Positions 11,153-25,129 are shown, numbered from the whole stretch's first letter. The stretch: DNA of 63,150 nucleotides, filler included, from Octopus bimaculoides (GCF_001194135.2; 4 parts of 4 records of this genome joined end to end with filler, not necessarily neighbours in it), one strand, 5' to 3'. The notes: generated by a model from the letters alone, not told the origin. Numbers and translations are program-made.

Positions 11153-12247
11153 ATGGAGTGCAATAACAAACATTTTTGCCATATTTTGCTTTTATTATTT
11201 TCGCAAAGGCCAGAAAGCTACTGAGGCTCACAAAGAGATGTGTGAAGTTTATGGTGTTGATTGCTTCACAGAACTCACATCTCAGAAATGGCTTAAAAAA
11301 TTTCCTTCTGAAGATTTTTCACTCAAAGGTGACCATAGTTCTAGTCGACCTACAGAAGTTGATGATGACCGAATCAAAGCCATAACTGAATCTGATTGTC
11401 ATATAACTGTGCAAGAAACTGAAGTGAGGTTAAATGTATCCTACACAACAATTGTAAATCACTTAAAATATCTTGGACTCGTTAAGAAGCTCGATATTTG
11501 GGTTCAACATAAATTGAAAGAGATTCACTTGACACAACGAATCTATATTTGCGATATGCATCTCAAACGCAATGAAATCAACCTTTTTTGGAACGAATCG
11601 TCACTGGCGATGACAAATGGATTGTCTACAATAACATCAATCGAAAACGATCATGGTTCAAGTGTAAAGAACCAGCACAAGTGACATCGAATCTGAATTG
11701 CATCAAAAGAGGTCATGCTGCCAATTTGGTGGGATTGCAAAGGTGTTGGGTATTTTGAGCTGCTTCCAATGAACAAAACGATCAATTCAGATGTTTACTG
11801 TCAAGAACAAATGAAATTGGTGGAAGCAATCAAAAACAAACGGCCAGAATTGGCAAATCGTAAAAGAATCGTCTTCCACCATGACAACGATAGATCACAA
11901 TTGTCTTTGCTAACTCGTGAAAATTACTGGAGCTTGGTTGCGAATTGATGTCGCCATATAGCCCTGACCGAGCACCGTCAGATTACCATTTATTTCGGAG
12001 TTTGCAAAATTCTTTGAATGGTAAAACTTTCAATAATGATGATGACCTGAAATCGCACTTGCTTCAGTTTTTGGCTGATAAGGACAAGACGTTCTACGAG
12101 CGCGGAATCATGAAGTTGCCAGAAAGATGGCAAAAGGTCATCGAACAAAATGGAAGAATAGATAAATGATTCAAGTTCGTTCTTTGTATGAAAATAAAAG
12201 ACTTACTTCACACTAACAAAACGAAATTACTTTCTTACCAATAATAA
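11153..12247 (+). mobile_element. mariner (D,D34D type, mellifera-subfamily-like) transposon fossil with frameshifted transposase
   Basis: ATG at 11153: MECNNKHFCHILL/YYFRKGQKATEAHKEMCEVYG, then WVQHKL (WVPHEL motif), VTGDDKWIVY, VFHHDN, PYSPDRAPSDYHLFRSLQN and GIMKLPERWQKVIEQNG. 3' TIR-like AAAACGAAATTACTTTCTTACCAA at ~12217-12247; 5' TIR not found. Confidence 0.93.
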
Positions 12248-14373
12248 ACATCGTTTCTCAGCTAAACTTACATCTTTCTCAGTGATTATCTCAAAAAGGA
12301 GTTCACAGCAGATATTTTATATCTCTGAAACACTATAATCTTCATACATCTGTAGGCATTTTTCAGATGATTTCATCCGAAAAACCAGGTGCTATATAAG
12401 ATTTCCTTTACTTTTACTTTTATATTTAAAAATGGGTTGATGTTATCATTGGAATTTAAGCTAAAACTGTGTTGAATGCTAAATTTGAAGACGGATACAT
12501 ATACCAAATACATTCATAAACCTCAGTCTCTTGGTACGTGCTCGTCAAAATGAATAAATCATCAAAGTACGTTGATGTCCTTATGGTCAAGAATAACTTT
12601 TGTTTTCACCACTGGCTACAATCACATAGGATGCCACAAATTTCAGCCCGTCTAGAGTACCCATATTTGTAGTGAATAAAAGCAATTTTTCTCTATAATA
12701 ATCATTTCATCAGAATATTCCGAATTCCGAAAGATAATTAGCAGGATTCCTTATAGAAACCATTTAAATCTCGTTACAATATATTAAAATGTTATAGTTC
12801 AGACGAGTCAAAATTGTTTTCCGTCCCACTGCACAATTACAGAATGTATATGCTATCTATACGCAGCTGAAGGAACAAATCCCAACCAATTATCCAATAT
12901 TCTGTCATTCCTCTGACAGTTTAAATTTAGATGATCATAAACTTAATTATATATCTATAGAAAGCTAACCTGATGAACGATGTTAGTTCGTCAAAGAAAG
13001 AAAATTTAATATTTCAAATGTTATTAAATATAGCTGCTACCGTTGTCTATGTCAATATCGTTGTTTAAGCCACTAATGATATCGAGGATGCCGAAAGATA
13101 TGTCAGTAAGGGCGTGCTAGCAGTTTGCTTTTCAGATACTACTCAAATCAGCCATACTGGGTTTGATAAGGGCAGAGTAGAACTGTTGCTGCTTAATCTC
13201 ATCCATGTATTTTGCGTCAATACAGAGAACGTTGTATTTATCAAGAAGGGGTTTAAATGATGAAATAGTGAACTTGCTCTTTTGGGGGAAATGAGAAGAA
13301 TACTTTGGGATTGAGTTTGCTTTCTCAATCGTGCATCCCCCCACCCACCGATGTTCCTTTGCCATCATCGATGGCAAACTTAATGTAAGTTTGAACATAT
13401 TTTTAGATTCGAGCAATATAGATGTTACTAGTAACATTTTAGTTGGCTGATTTTTTTTTATTGAACATTTTTATTTCCCTTATAAGGTTTTTTTTTTTCT
13501 TCTTGCTGCTTTTAAGTAAAGTATATTACTCAACCTCTGGTATTTGAGTACACTTCTTTCTATCTTGTTTCACATTTATGTGCTTACTCCGGTATATATA
13601 TATNNNNNNNNNNNNNNNNNNNNNNNNNNNNNNNNNNNNNNNNNNNNNNNNNNNNNNNNNNNNNNNNNNNNNNNNNNNNNNNNNNNNNNNNNNNNNNNNN
13701 NNNNNNNNNNNNNNNNNNNNNNNNNNNNNNNNNNNNNNNNNNNNNNNNNNNNNNNNNNNNNNNNNNNNNNNNNNNNNNNNNNNNNNNNNNNNNNNNNNNN
13801 NNNNNNNNNNNNNNNNNNNNNNNNNNNNNNNNNNNNNNNNNNNNNNNNNNNNNNNNNNNNNNNNNNNNNNNNNNNNNNNNNNNNNNNNNNNNNNNNNNNN
13901 NNNNNNNNNNNNNNNNNNNNNNNNNNNNNNNNNNNNNNNNNNNNNNNNNNNNNNNNNNNNNNNNNNNNNNNNNNNNNNNNNNNNNNNNNNNNNNNNNNNN
14001 NNNNNNNNNNNNNNNNNNNNNNNNNNNNNNNNNNATATATATATATATATATATATACAAGCGTTTCCGTGAAACTTCTCAACTTTTGTTATTCTCTTAT
14101 TCCACGTTGAAATATATTACAAACTCAAAGATGTCGACTCAGAGGTTTTTCAGTTAATACCTGTTTGTTTTCATATACAGTGATGTATACGACACTAACA
14201 CACGTAGACACACACATACACACACACAATGAGGGAGAGACAGGGAAAGAGAGGGATTGATAGCAGATTAGAATAGATAGACAGTCAACCGGACATACAG
14301 AGTGACAAAAAAATAGTTAGAGAGAGAGCGATGAAATGATTTCATACATTCTTCGGCACGTGCCTAATTTTCG

Positions 14374-14444
14374 CTCATATTTGGGTTTGTGCATGCAACA
14401 CTCATATTTGAGTTTGTGCATACAACACTCATATTTGGGTTTGT
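14374..14444. repeat. 27-bp minisatellite, ~2.6 copies
   Basis: Unit CTCATATTTG(G/A)GTTTGTGCAT(G/A)CAACA at 14374 and 14401, partial at 14428. Confidence 0.9.
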
Positions 14445-16989
14445 ATGATGTATATGATTCGTGTACTTATTTCTACGAGAAATTATAAAATCGATTACTT
14501 AAATTTAAGTTTATGGTGACAAAGTAAATGTTATTGATTATTCGTACAGTTAAACAATTGTTATAAAACAATCAGCTTATATAATTTATGTGTACACGAA
14601 GAAACGTTATTCAAGCTTTTACACGATGATAACATCGATAAACTCCCTTGATGCTCACATTTTTCTAACCTAACCACTTTTACCTTCTCTCATAAACTAT
14701 AGCATTCGTTCTTAGCTAAGAAATCGATAGTTTTATACATTGCGTACCTCTGGTTTTGACTGACGCTACATTGCAAAATCTGCACTGAAAGGGTTGTGGC
14801 TTATATTAATGTATGTTAATTCTTTTTTTTTTATTTATAGTGAATAGTTTATAAAGCTAAATTCATAAAAGTTCGAAACTGTTTCTGATATTCAGAAAGA
14901 AATATTTGAATCTCATAATAGTGACAAAAGAAAAAATTGCGTAATTGAGTTTCTACATCCATGAATTAAGTTCATATAAATCAATTCAAGTCTAGTGTGT
15001 GGTATTGAATAGTGCTAATAAATCTACAGCCAATAAGTATTATCTCTCTCCCTAAGTGACTGTTTATGTTATATCGGGAGCTATGATAAAATCTGGCTAA
15101 AAATAATGCTAGCCATAAACATTTCCAAGCGAAATGAACTCAGTGCATAAAGTAAACGCTTTATTTTGATATTTAGAGATAATCTTGGTCAGACCGCTTT
15201 TACGAAATGATAGAATTTAAGATCTTTTGCAGCAAATACATTAATCAATATTCGTCGCTGAATCAAACTTACTCATTAAAGCTGAAACACTATTTGTCAA
15301 ATATGTGATATCTTACTGTAGCATACATCGAAATATTTATAGGTAAAAGTATGAGGTTGTTTAACATTTATAACTCTCACAGATGCAACAATGAATGACA
15401 CAGTTCGTTACAGTGGAAGCTTACTTAAAGTTGTCCTTCGACCTATAGCTCCATAGTTCTTACCTTTTATCTTTATGTTTTGATCTGTGCTTCTAGCTAC
15501 AATTCTCAAAAATATCTTACGTCTAAAGATCACAGTGGTTTGAAATGTCAAGGTAAAATATTCGTAATCTAGCAGAGTTAAATACTTAAATCTTGAAACA
15601 GCATATACAAAATTTGTTATAAGTATTATTGTGTAGTAGAAATCGATACTTAAACGACAGGAGCGCTGTTATATTCAGTTCCATTTTGTTGGCATAGATT
15701 GTTGTTTTGAAACTTCAATCTTGTATAAAATGAAGAGTGATGACGCCCACTTGATTCTATTTCACTTGGTATATTGCATAACACAAACGTCTATTTTCCA
15801 TATATGTTATGGCTTCTATAACTAACAACTGCTCTCATTGCTAACTACTTTTGTACAATCGTATTAGGAATTATCGTTGCAAACCACCAAGAACCAGCTA
15901 TTTATTTCCAACAGTGCTTCCATAGATATATTATAAGTTTTATGGTTTCTGAAAGAAAGGAAATGAGATTCAATGAAACAACTTCGGCCAATATGAAATC
16001 AATCCAGACTTGGTTTTCTCGGATTGTTATTTCTAACTTTGAAAATTTCCGATATATAAATTTCAATTCATACAAACGAGATAACATCTGTTATCTCATA
16101 GACTATTATCTTCACTCTCTCTCTCCCCTAGACTTAAAAGAACGCTCATTTTCTAAATCTCCAAATGTGTAATACCCTAACGCAAACCCAAAACACACAT
16201 CCATAAATTAATCTTCTATAATCTCTACTGTAAGCTATATCCTATTAAATAATTTACATAAATATTTCTCTCTGCATTTGAAGACTTAAAGATATCATTC
16301 TTTGGGTATGTGCCTCTTCTTAAAAGCAAAAGCCACGAGTTCATACGTAATGCAGCAATCTCTCTTGTTTGCGAAGGATATATTGTGCTTTAGAAAGGCA
16401 TTTATTCTCCAGATTAATTCATATCGTTTTTTGTGTATGGTACAGTTGCATGGTCGTTGGGTCCTTACGCAACTAGTGTACTGAAGTTCTCGTCACTCTG
16501 TGCCTGTCTCTGATATTTTCGACAATGCCTGTTGAGCTTATATTGGAAAAGTGATGGGGCTGGATGGCACTGCTATTCCAGGGATTTTTCACTTGTCCAT
16601 CGTCCCCAACCCGAAAGACCTTCGGAATAGACGTTTAACTAAGTCTTGCACAAGGCCAAGGATACCTACAAAAATGGACGTCAGCTCTCTTAAACAAAAT
16701 TAATTCTTTATAGAATGCAAGTTACCTTTCAGCTGACAGTATCGCCAGAATTGTAGAGAACTGGGAATGATTTACAACTTTCGCTTGACCCAAGATTGCA
16801 CTCTCTGACAAACGACAATAACAGCCGTTTACGGTGAAGAAATTATTACAGAGGACTCAGCACGAAAGTGAAATTTGTATTGATCATGATGGGAACATAA
16901 TTCACGATAAAAAAAAAGAACAAGCACAAGACCCTACAAACTATAACAAAGCTTAAAATTTCACACCTCTACAGGCAGTTAACAGAAAA

Positions 16990-17191
16990 AGTAGCTCTCC
17001 AAGATTCATTACAAGTCCTGGGCACTCCTAGTAGAACAGTTATAAATGTCTGCCACCTTGGCACGGCCAGAATAATCAGGAAAGTATTAGAAAGCTGAAA
17101 AGAATGGATAGCATGATACTGTAGGCTGCTGGAAGCAAGCCCGCTACGCATGTAAGATTCCAGGAGCTCCAACAAACGTTGTGATAAGAGA
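16990..17191 (+). mobile_element. degraded 3' end of a Dong/R4-type RLE retrotransposon
   Basis: Peptide VEQL..VCHLGTARIIRKVLES* (stop 17096-17098) matches the LQKxxLLGTAxILRKVL C-terminal motif; 3' UTR runs into (AAT)n. Confidence 0.65.

Positions 17192-17272
<81 letters not shown>
17192..17272. repeat. (AAT)n microsatellite
   Basis: 27 perfect AAT units. Confidence 0.97.
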
Positions 17273-17274
<2 letters not shown>

Positions 17275-17525
17275 AATTCCTATCATAGTAGGTGCCTTAG
17301 GTATAATAAAAAAATATTCAGACAAATACATAACAAAAACACCAGGACTTACAAATATATATAACATACAGAAAATTGCACTACTGGGTACTGCACACAT
17401 TCTACGCAAAACACTTTCAATACAGTAAACATAAGAGCACCACAGCAAACCACAGCACATACCCAAGGCGCACAGAGCTGCGCTCGGTAGTGAAGTGAAA
17501 GCACGTTATAAAAATAAAACTACTG
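17273..17525 (+). mobile_element. 5'-truncated Dong/R4-type RLE retrotransposon, uninterrupted C-terminal ORF fragment
   Basis: TIPIIVGALGIIKKYSDKYITKTPGLTNIYNIQKIALLGTAHILRKTLSIQ* (17273-17428), then a 97-nt 3' UTR and (AAT)n at 17526-17571. Confidence 0.85.
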
Positions 17526-19881
17526 AATAATAATAATAATAACAACAATAATAATGATAATAATAATAATAGAGGAGCTGCACAATTCTGTTTGCGATAT
17601 ATATAAGGTAATGTTAAATGTGTATGTGAAACATACGTGAATATGATTCAGAAATGATTATTTTGATTGAGGATAAAAAGAAATCTTGTCAAAAGTAGCA
17701 AAAAGATGTAATCATCTGTAATGTTAACTTCATTATAATATCTTTATAGTATTAGACCTACAACATGAGCCCTAGACATTTTAGCCGTTAGCCCTTGAAT
17801 CTTATAAAAATTCAAGCGTTACTCCCTCTATCAATAAATTAAACGACTAAATTCATTTTGGTATTATTTTAATCTACTCATTGCGAAAATGAAACATTTT
17901 CATTGAATCTAGAATAATTTTAACTAGAGAGTATCAAAATATATTTTCCAGTTCTCCATTTTCATCATTTTATTAATTTCTGGATAGCATATCCATGTTT
18001 TCCTGGTAGAGCCCTTTGCCTGGCAAAATATTCATTGGTGGAATGGGACTTCAATTAACCGTCTGCTAGAGCTTTCTTCTGATATTCTTTCATTTTGCTA
18101 ATATCATATTAAGCTTATATAGAAATTAAAGATTTATTGTCTGCTTACTTTGGATGCTTTCCAGCGATTCTCCAAGAATTGCAGAATTCCGCAGCATTAG
18201 ACATTGTTTAAAACAAATGTTTATTCTTCCATTAGTTAAATGTATTTTGTTACCTAATATTTAAGAGAAAAGTTTGTTGTTTCTTTGCGTTACTTCTTGT
18301 ATATATGTTTTCTTGATTTTTTTTTACTTTAGTTATACTTATTAGAATACAACGAACTCACAAAGTAGTAAATATTTCCCGTTTGAACAATCAATCAACC
18401 TACTTGTGAGAGTGAAGTGTTGATGTATGCCTATATACATTCGAGATGCTGGTGTTTTTCTAGCATACATTTAGAAATGGTCGGGTATATGTATCTCTAC
18501 TTTGTTTCATACACTGGTGCATGAATATATATACTTTTGTAGGAATCAAAGCTCCAGTAAAGATTTTCATATTCTTTCGCGCATGTGCATTTATATGTTG
18601 ATATGAACGTACTTTTCCTGTTCTCATTACTTACTATAGTTCTTTATTCATTGCATTTTATCACCAATTTGTCAGAACTAACGATTTTCTTACAGTAGTA
18701 AGCATTTGAAGTGCGTAACGTTTCCAAGGTATCAATTCTCGATTGACACCTAGAAAAAGGCAAGATCAACTGCAATTTAATATGTGAACATCGATTACGC
18801 TTATACCATCCAGATAAATGGACAGCGCCAGGAGACTAGCATTATGCAAGTAAGCGGTCTAGAGTCCCTATGCGCTGACACTTGACATGCAAAATATAAC
18901 AGCCAAATATTCAAGTTGCAGTTTCGCGTCGTAAAAATGTATATATTAGATATTATAATCTTTTACATATCATAAACAAATAAATATGATAAATAAGTAA
19001 AACGGGTTAGGCTCTGCAAGACCTTTTTTTTTTTACCATAGTTCTGCTCGCGTAGAATTGAGCTGGGGCTAAAGAAAGGCAACATGCAGTATTAGGATAC
19101 CAAGAGGTTAAATATTATACAATTGACAGCTTTGAACGTAGTTATTCACGCTCCTAATTTGATATAATTAAGTATCAGTTCACAATTTCTGGTGAACTCT
19201 ACTCATATTTTTTAATTAGAAAATTAATTTTAAAGTCTTGGAGTTGTATCATTAATCTACTGAAAAATATTTCATAAGTATAATTACCTGCTTCAATAAG
19301 TTAGGAGTAGTGTGAGGCTATGAATAAAATATCGAAGACGCTTAGTCATACGAATTTATTCATAAGATCACTATAATTCTCAAATGAATAGGATCACCCA
19401 GCTTTTCTTGGTTAAAGGTTGTGGTGTTGGCTTCTATTAAAGCTACGATGCTTACTTGTTAGACGCTACTACCATCATGCGAGGTGTCAACTCTTTATAT
19501 CATGTTCTACCACTGATCTAAAATCAAATGGAACAAACCTACGTTGATCTTTTCAAAGCCAATGAAATAATTCCGTAGGTATACTACATTTATAAAAATC
19601 ATCTGTACTCTCAGAGCAGTACTTTTTCTTACGTTTACCGTCTTACCCCGCCCCTTCTGAGGCATGCCAATATTGGCTTCATAATTACTGTGTGGCCTTA
19701 GATTTATACGAGAGGAGAAATGCGATAGCGGAATTCATATATTTTTTAACATTCCAGTAACCAAAATGAAATGGAATAAATCTAGCCGGATATCAAACGA
19801 GATAGACATAACACATTGGGAATATATAAGTTATCTTAGGATGGGATCGAAGCATACAATTATTAAGTAACCAAGATAGCT

Positions 19882-19917
<36 letters not shown>

Positions 19918-20809
19918 ATATTTGATACCTCTAAGTTAGATGATTAAACCGTAATCCCTCCACAAGGGACTTTTTTTCATACGAGACTATTTGTGACGCA
20001 CATGGAATAAATTTCTTTGAGGTGGGATGCCTGAACTCACTAGCCGATGAATTCGTAAGTGCCTTTCTTATCGTTGATTTTTGGTGTCGCATGGCCAAAA
20101 ATTACCGTGAATTTTTTTAGAGACACTTTCAAATTNNNNNNNNNNNNNNNNNNNNNNNNNNNNNNNNNNNNNNNNNNNNNNNNNNNNNNNNNNNNNNNNN
20201 NNNNNNNNNNNNNNNNNNNNNNNNNNNNNNNNNNNNNNNNNNNNNNNNNNNNNNNNNNNNNNNNNNNNNNNNNNNNNNNNNNNNNNNNNNNNNNNNNNNN
20301 NNNNNNNNNNNNNNNNNNNNNNNNNNNNNNNNNNNNNNNNNNNNNNNNNNNNNNNNNNNNNNNNNNNNNNNNNNNNNNNNNNNNNNNNNNNNNNNNNNNN
20401 NNNNNNNNNNNNNNNNNNNNNNNNNNNNNNNNNNNNNNNNNNNNNNNNNNNNNNNNNNNNNNNNNNNNNNNNNNNNNNNNNNNNNNNNNNNNNNNNNNNN
20501 NNNNNNNNNNNNNNNNNNNNNNNNNNNNNNNNNNNNNNNNNNNNNNNNNNNNNNNNNNNNNNNNNNNNNNNNNNNNNNNNNNNNNNNNNNNNNNNNNNNN
20601 NNNNNNNNNNNNNNNNNNNNNNNNNNNNNNNNNNNNNNNNNNNNNNNNNNNNNNNNNNNNNNNNNNNNNNNNNNNNNNNNNNNNNNNNNNNNNNNNNNNN
20701 NNNNNNNNNNNNNNNNNNNNNNNNNNNNNNNNNNNNNNNNNNNNNNNNNNNNNNNNNNNNNNNNNNNNNNNNNNNNNNNNNNNNNNNNNNNNNNNNNNNN
20801 NNNNNNNNN

Positions 20810-20855
<46 letters not shown>

Positions 20856-21039
20856 TAAAACAAACACAAACACACAAGTGCGCGCAGGAATACAAGTATG
20901 TGCACGTCTATGTGTGTGTGATATGAAGTTCGCTTTGAGACAACCTAGCTTCGGGCTCAGTCCCACTGTGCAGTATGCTGTGCAAGTGTCTACTGCTAAA
21001 GACATTGCGCTGTCTAATATTGTGTGAATAAATCTGTTA

Positions 21040-21793
21040 GTGGGTAACTGGGTGAGAGCTCATCGTGTGTTAGAGTTCAGTGACGAACAGATGAATAGAC
21101 ACAGGGAGATGGTTGAACTTAGTACCTCCAAACTAAGAGTATTTCAATCTCTGGTGATCTGTAACGAAAGCTGGATCAACTGTTATGATCCAGGGACCAA
21201 GACACAGAGAGCCCAATGGAAGCATCCTGGCTCCGCCAGACCCGAAGGGGCCAGGCAAAGTAAGTCCACCTGGGAGCCCATAAGGAACCCCTTTTCGATT
21301 GCAAGGATATCATCTACATCTACTGAGTACCCTCTGGCCAGTAGACCAACAGAAAGTACTCTGGTGGTGTTCTAAGGAAGTTCAAGAAGAGATTCTTTCG
21401 CAAAAGACCAGAACTATTCTGGTCGGGTTGGTGACACCTACACCAGAACAATGCATAAGTAGTTGCCACTGATGGGCATAAAAACCGTTCCTCATGCATC
21501 CTACTGTCCAGAATTTTCTCCCTGCGAGTTTTGGTTGTTCACCAAGATGACCCTTAACCTGAGGGACAGCCGTTTCGACGACATTCAGAGGATGAAGGAG
21601 GTTGTCACAAGGATCCTGGACACCTTGAGTTCAGTGGATATCTCTGGGGTCTTCTCAAAATGACTGGCGCGCAACACCAAGTACACTGATGTGAGAGGAT
21701 ACTAATTTGAAGGAGATTAGTGTTATTTTTTACTATTTCGAAATTAATAAATATTTCCTGAGAATGTCTTAAAACTTGTGGAATGCACCTTCT
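21040..21793 (+). mobile_element. 5'-truncated mariner fossil, family distinct from the 11-kb copy
   Basis: WVRAHRVL, CNESWINCYDPGTKTQRAQWKHPGSARPEGARQSKST, HQNNA, YCPEFSPCEFWLF; the catalytic-motif Asp positions read N, N and E. 3' TIR-like GTCTTAAAACTTGTGGAATGCACCTTCTA at 21766-21794. Confidence 0.85.
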
Positions 21794-21850
21794 ATATACA
21801 CACAAAAAAAAACGCAGATACACAGACATTCAGACACAGATATATGTATG

Positions 21851-22087
21851 TATTTATTTCTTTATTGCCAACAGGGGGCTAAACATAGAGGGGACAAATA
21901 AGGACAGACAAAAGGATTAAGACCATTACATCGACCTCAGTGCGTAACTGGTACTTATTTAATCGACCCCGAAAGGCTAAAAGGCAAAGTCGACCACAGC
22001 AGAATTTGAACTCAGAACGTAACGGCAGACGAGATACTGCTAAGCATTTCACCCGGCGTGCTAATGATACTGCCAGCTCGCTGCCCT
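21851..22087 (-). mobile_element. SINE family A, full length
   Basis: Aligns end to end with 1898-2126 and with the reverse complement of 50319-50553. Confidence 0.9.
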
Positions 22088-23414
22088 ACATATACACATG
22101 TAGTACGTGTATGTATATTGTTGCCCTTGTGTTCTCCCCCTCTACCGTACGACAACAGGTGTTCGTAGTGGCAACTTAGCGGTTCGTCAAAAGACAGATG
22201 ATAGAATAGATACAAAACCTAAAAATACGTACTGCAGTCTAACAAAACGTATCATACTGGCGTCCCAGTTTAGCTACTGTCCAATGAATGAAAAAGTAAT
22301 GTGCGTGGGCGTGTGTGAGTGTACGCGTGCCAAAAATCTGTCTATGCGCGTGCATGTATGCGTATTTTTGGCAAACACCTCTAAGTAAGATTTTGATTAT
22401 CCTCTAATGTGAAACTCATTCTACATCTCTTACAAATGTTTAACTAAATCCTGAACACCGCAGCGTTTTTTTCTGTCAACTGAAATATAGAGATTTTGCG
22501 AAGAAACTTTAATATTTACTTCATTTATACGCTTAGAAATATCGGCTGATATACCACTAAGCAAAGGTGTGGAGGATATAAGAATATATGTTATCGCTAC
22601 CATACGTTCACAAACAAAATTTTAGTTGCTTATGTGTTTCGAATATCCATCCCATCTGGTGCTGTTAAATTAAATGTTTTCAATTATATATATANNNNNN
22701 NNNNNNNNNNNNNNNNNNNNNNNNNNNNNNNNNNNNNNNNNNNNNNNNNNNNNNNNNNNNNNNNNNNNNNNNNNNNNNNNNNNNNNNNNNNNNNNNNNNN
22801 NNNNNNNNNNNNNNNNNNNNNNNNNNNNNNNNNNNNNNNNNNNNNNNNNNNNNNNNNNNNNNNNNNNNNNNNNNNNNNNNNNNNNNNNNNNNNNNNNNNN
22901 NNNNNNNNNNNNNNNNNNNNNNNNNNNNNNNNNNNNNNNNNNNNNNNNNNNNNNNNNNATATATATATATATATATAATTACGAAATGAGGAAACCGCAT
23001 CGTTTGAAAGAAAAATGTGTATAATGCCAAAAAATAAAATTATTTTTATAAAATGATCTAAATTGCAAAATGCAATTTTTATTTTAGGCAATGTTGTAGA
23101 AAAATTCCAATTTTCTATCATTAACTCCACCCTAATAATCAAAGTAGATACTGTAAATTTAAAGTTTCGTACTGTCTATGCAATTAATGTTGGAGGCGGG
23201 TTTATATCGAGTATATGAGTATGTTGGTAATTATTTTATAGACACATTTTATAGACACATGAAGGACACATATGGAGGCAAATGAAAAGAAATTTAACCA
23301 CGTCAATATATGAACACATAATGCTAAAGGGCATGTCAAAATACTACGAGTCATTTCTCTAGCCTTTTCTTGTTCTGCCAATAAGAACTTAAGCCAGCAG
23401 CAGGAAATTTATAT

Positions 23415-23575
23415 ATATATAAAGAGTAACTAACGAGGTGTATAAGTTTGACGCTCTGGTAAAATGGAAAAATCCCTGACGTTTCGAGCCTACGCTCTTC
23501 GACAGAAAGGAATGGGCAAAGAAAACGGAGAAAGAAAATTCTGGCAAAGTGAAAGGGCAAACCTACAAATCGAGT
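23415..23575 (-). mobile_element. repeat family E copy 2, best-preserved hammerhead-like motif (23474-23509)
   Basis: Minus strand CTTT-CTGTCGA-A-GAGC-GTAG-GCTC-GAAAC-GTC-AGGG. Confidence 0.7.
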
Positions 23576-25129
23576 AACACTATTGTTGATTTGTATATGT
23601 GTGTGTGNNNNNNNNNNGTGTGTATGTGTGTGTGGGGGGGGGTGTTCCCGTGCGTGCGTGTGTGCGTGTATGTGATTTCAGTTGCTTGCAAACATAAGGA
23701 GCTATGATTGGAATAGAATGTAGCAAAGCGAGGTGGAGCGAGGGAATGGAGTGGGTGTATGTCTGGATGAGTGAAACGGTAGTCTGCAGCAAGAAGACAT
23801 TTTGCTGTAAACAAGGCACCGCATACGCGTAATACAGGGTGACAAAAGAATTCTGTTTATGCTCATATTTGTATGTTTTGAGTGCGTTTATGAGTTGTTG
23901 GTCTAGGGCTATTGGAAAACTAATCGGTTATTCGCATCTACCGGCGCGGAAAATTAACCATTGTATAACTAATATGCCATCATAATTACATTTTTTCTTG
24001 ACGATCCACAATATAGAAATTAATGTTTTAAAAATATCAGTCACACGAAAGCGGCAATGAAAAACTATTGCAAAAATACGTTAAGTAATGACATTGCTAA
24101 TTAATGTAAATGTTATGTGTTTACAGCATATGTTAAAGGAGGGAAAAAAAAACAGAGTATAGGGCAGATGCGTAAAGCCAAATCAATGTAAATGATATTT
24201 CTTAAGTTTCTTTCAGTAAATACTGAAAGAAACATATCTTTATCTTTTATAAGTGTGTGTGTTTGTGTTGGTGTTTGTGTTTGCGTGTGTGTGTGTATGT
24301 ATGTGTGTGTATGTGTGCATGCTTGTGTCCGTGCGAACCTGAGCGTATGTGTGCGTATGCGTGAACATGTGTTTGCACGTGCATGGTTGTGTGTGTGTAT
24401 GTGTGTGCCTGGGTATGTCTGTGTGCTCGTATGCGTGCGAAAGAGTGCGTGTACGCGCGTGTTTGTGAATGCATGTGTGTGTGTGAATGTGTGTGTGTGC
24501 ACGTGTGTATGTGCATGTGTGTGTGTGTGTATGTGTGCATTTGCTTCCTCCTTACTTTCTTTTTCTGAATATGTTTATTTACATTTTCTTTTATCTTCCA
24601 TTCTCTTTTATCTTTCAAAAATCAGACACTCGAACCTCACTCACGAATTTGCATGTTTCCTTCATAACTTGTTACTCTACTTTCAGTCACGAGTTTTCTC
24701 TTTTACCGTCTTTTCATCAAATTCTCTCTCTCTCTCTCTCTNNNNNNNNNNTCTCTCTCTCTCTCTCTCTCTCTCGCTCTCTCTCCGTCTGTTTCTTTCT
24801 CTCTATCTCTCTCTCCCCTATCTCTCTCTCCCCTCTCTCTCTCTTTCTCTCTCTCTCTCTTCCTCACTCTCTCTGCCTTTCACTGTCTATCTCCTTTGTT
24901 TACACAGAAAATATCTTTTCGTATTACACTCACGATTGATACAATCGCTTCTCTCAGTTGCATCTTCACACTTATTGAACAAACAAGCAAGAAGCATTGG
25001 ATTCCGTCAATAACTAAAACTAGTGAAATATACTGTGTGGCACACTCACGCAAATGGTCACATACATCAACACAAACACACAAAAACACAAACACACACA
25101 CATTCATATTGTATATCATATATCTTTTA

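Noticed and set aside
12262-12400. Minus-strand exon ending GAT|GTAAGT, possibly with Sec codons
   Set aside because: Stops in all frames for each acceptor tried; several TGAs and no SECIS seen.
13136-13384. Plus-strand coding exon bounded by TTTTCAG and GTAAGT
   Set aside because: Stops in all three plus frames; at best non-coding.
14374-14444. CRISPR-like or regularly spaced repeat
   Set aside because: Head-to-tail minisatellite without unique spacers, in eukaryotic context; same for 58885-59035.
19986-20054. Rab G5-like (HGINFFEV) or Harbinger-like (Q..CDA.G) assignment
   Set aside because: Too few residues, and no other family motifs nearby.
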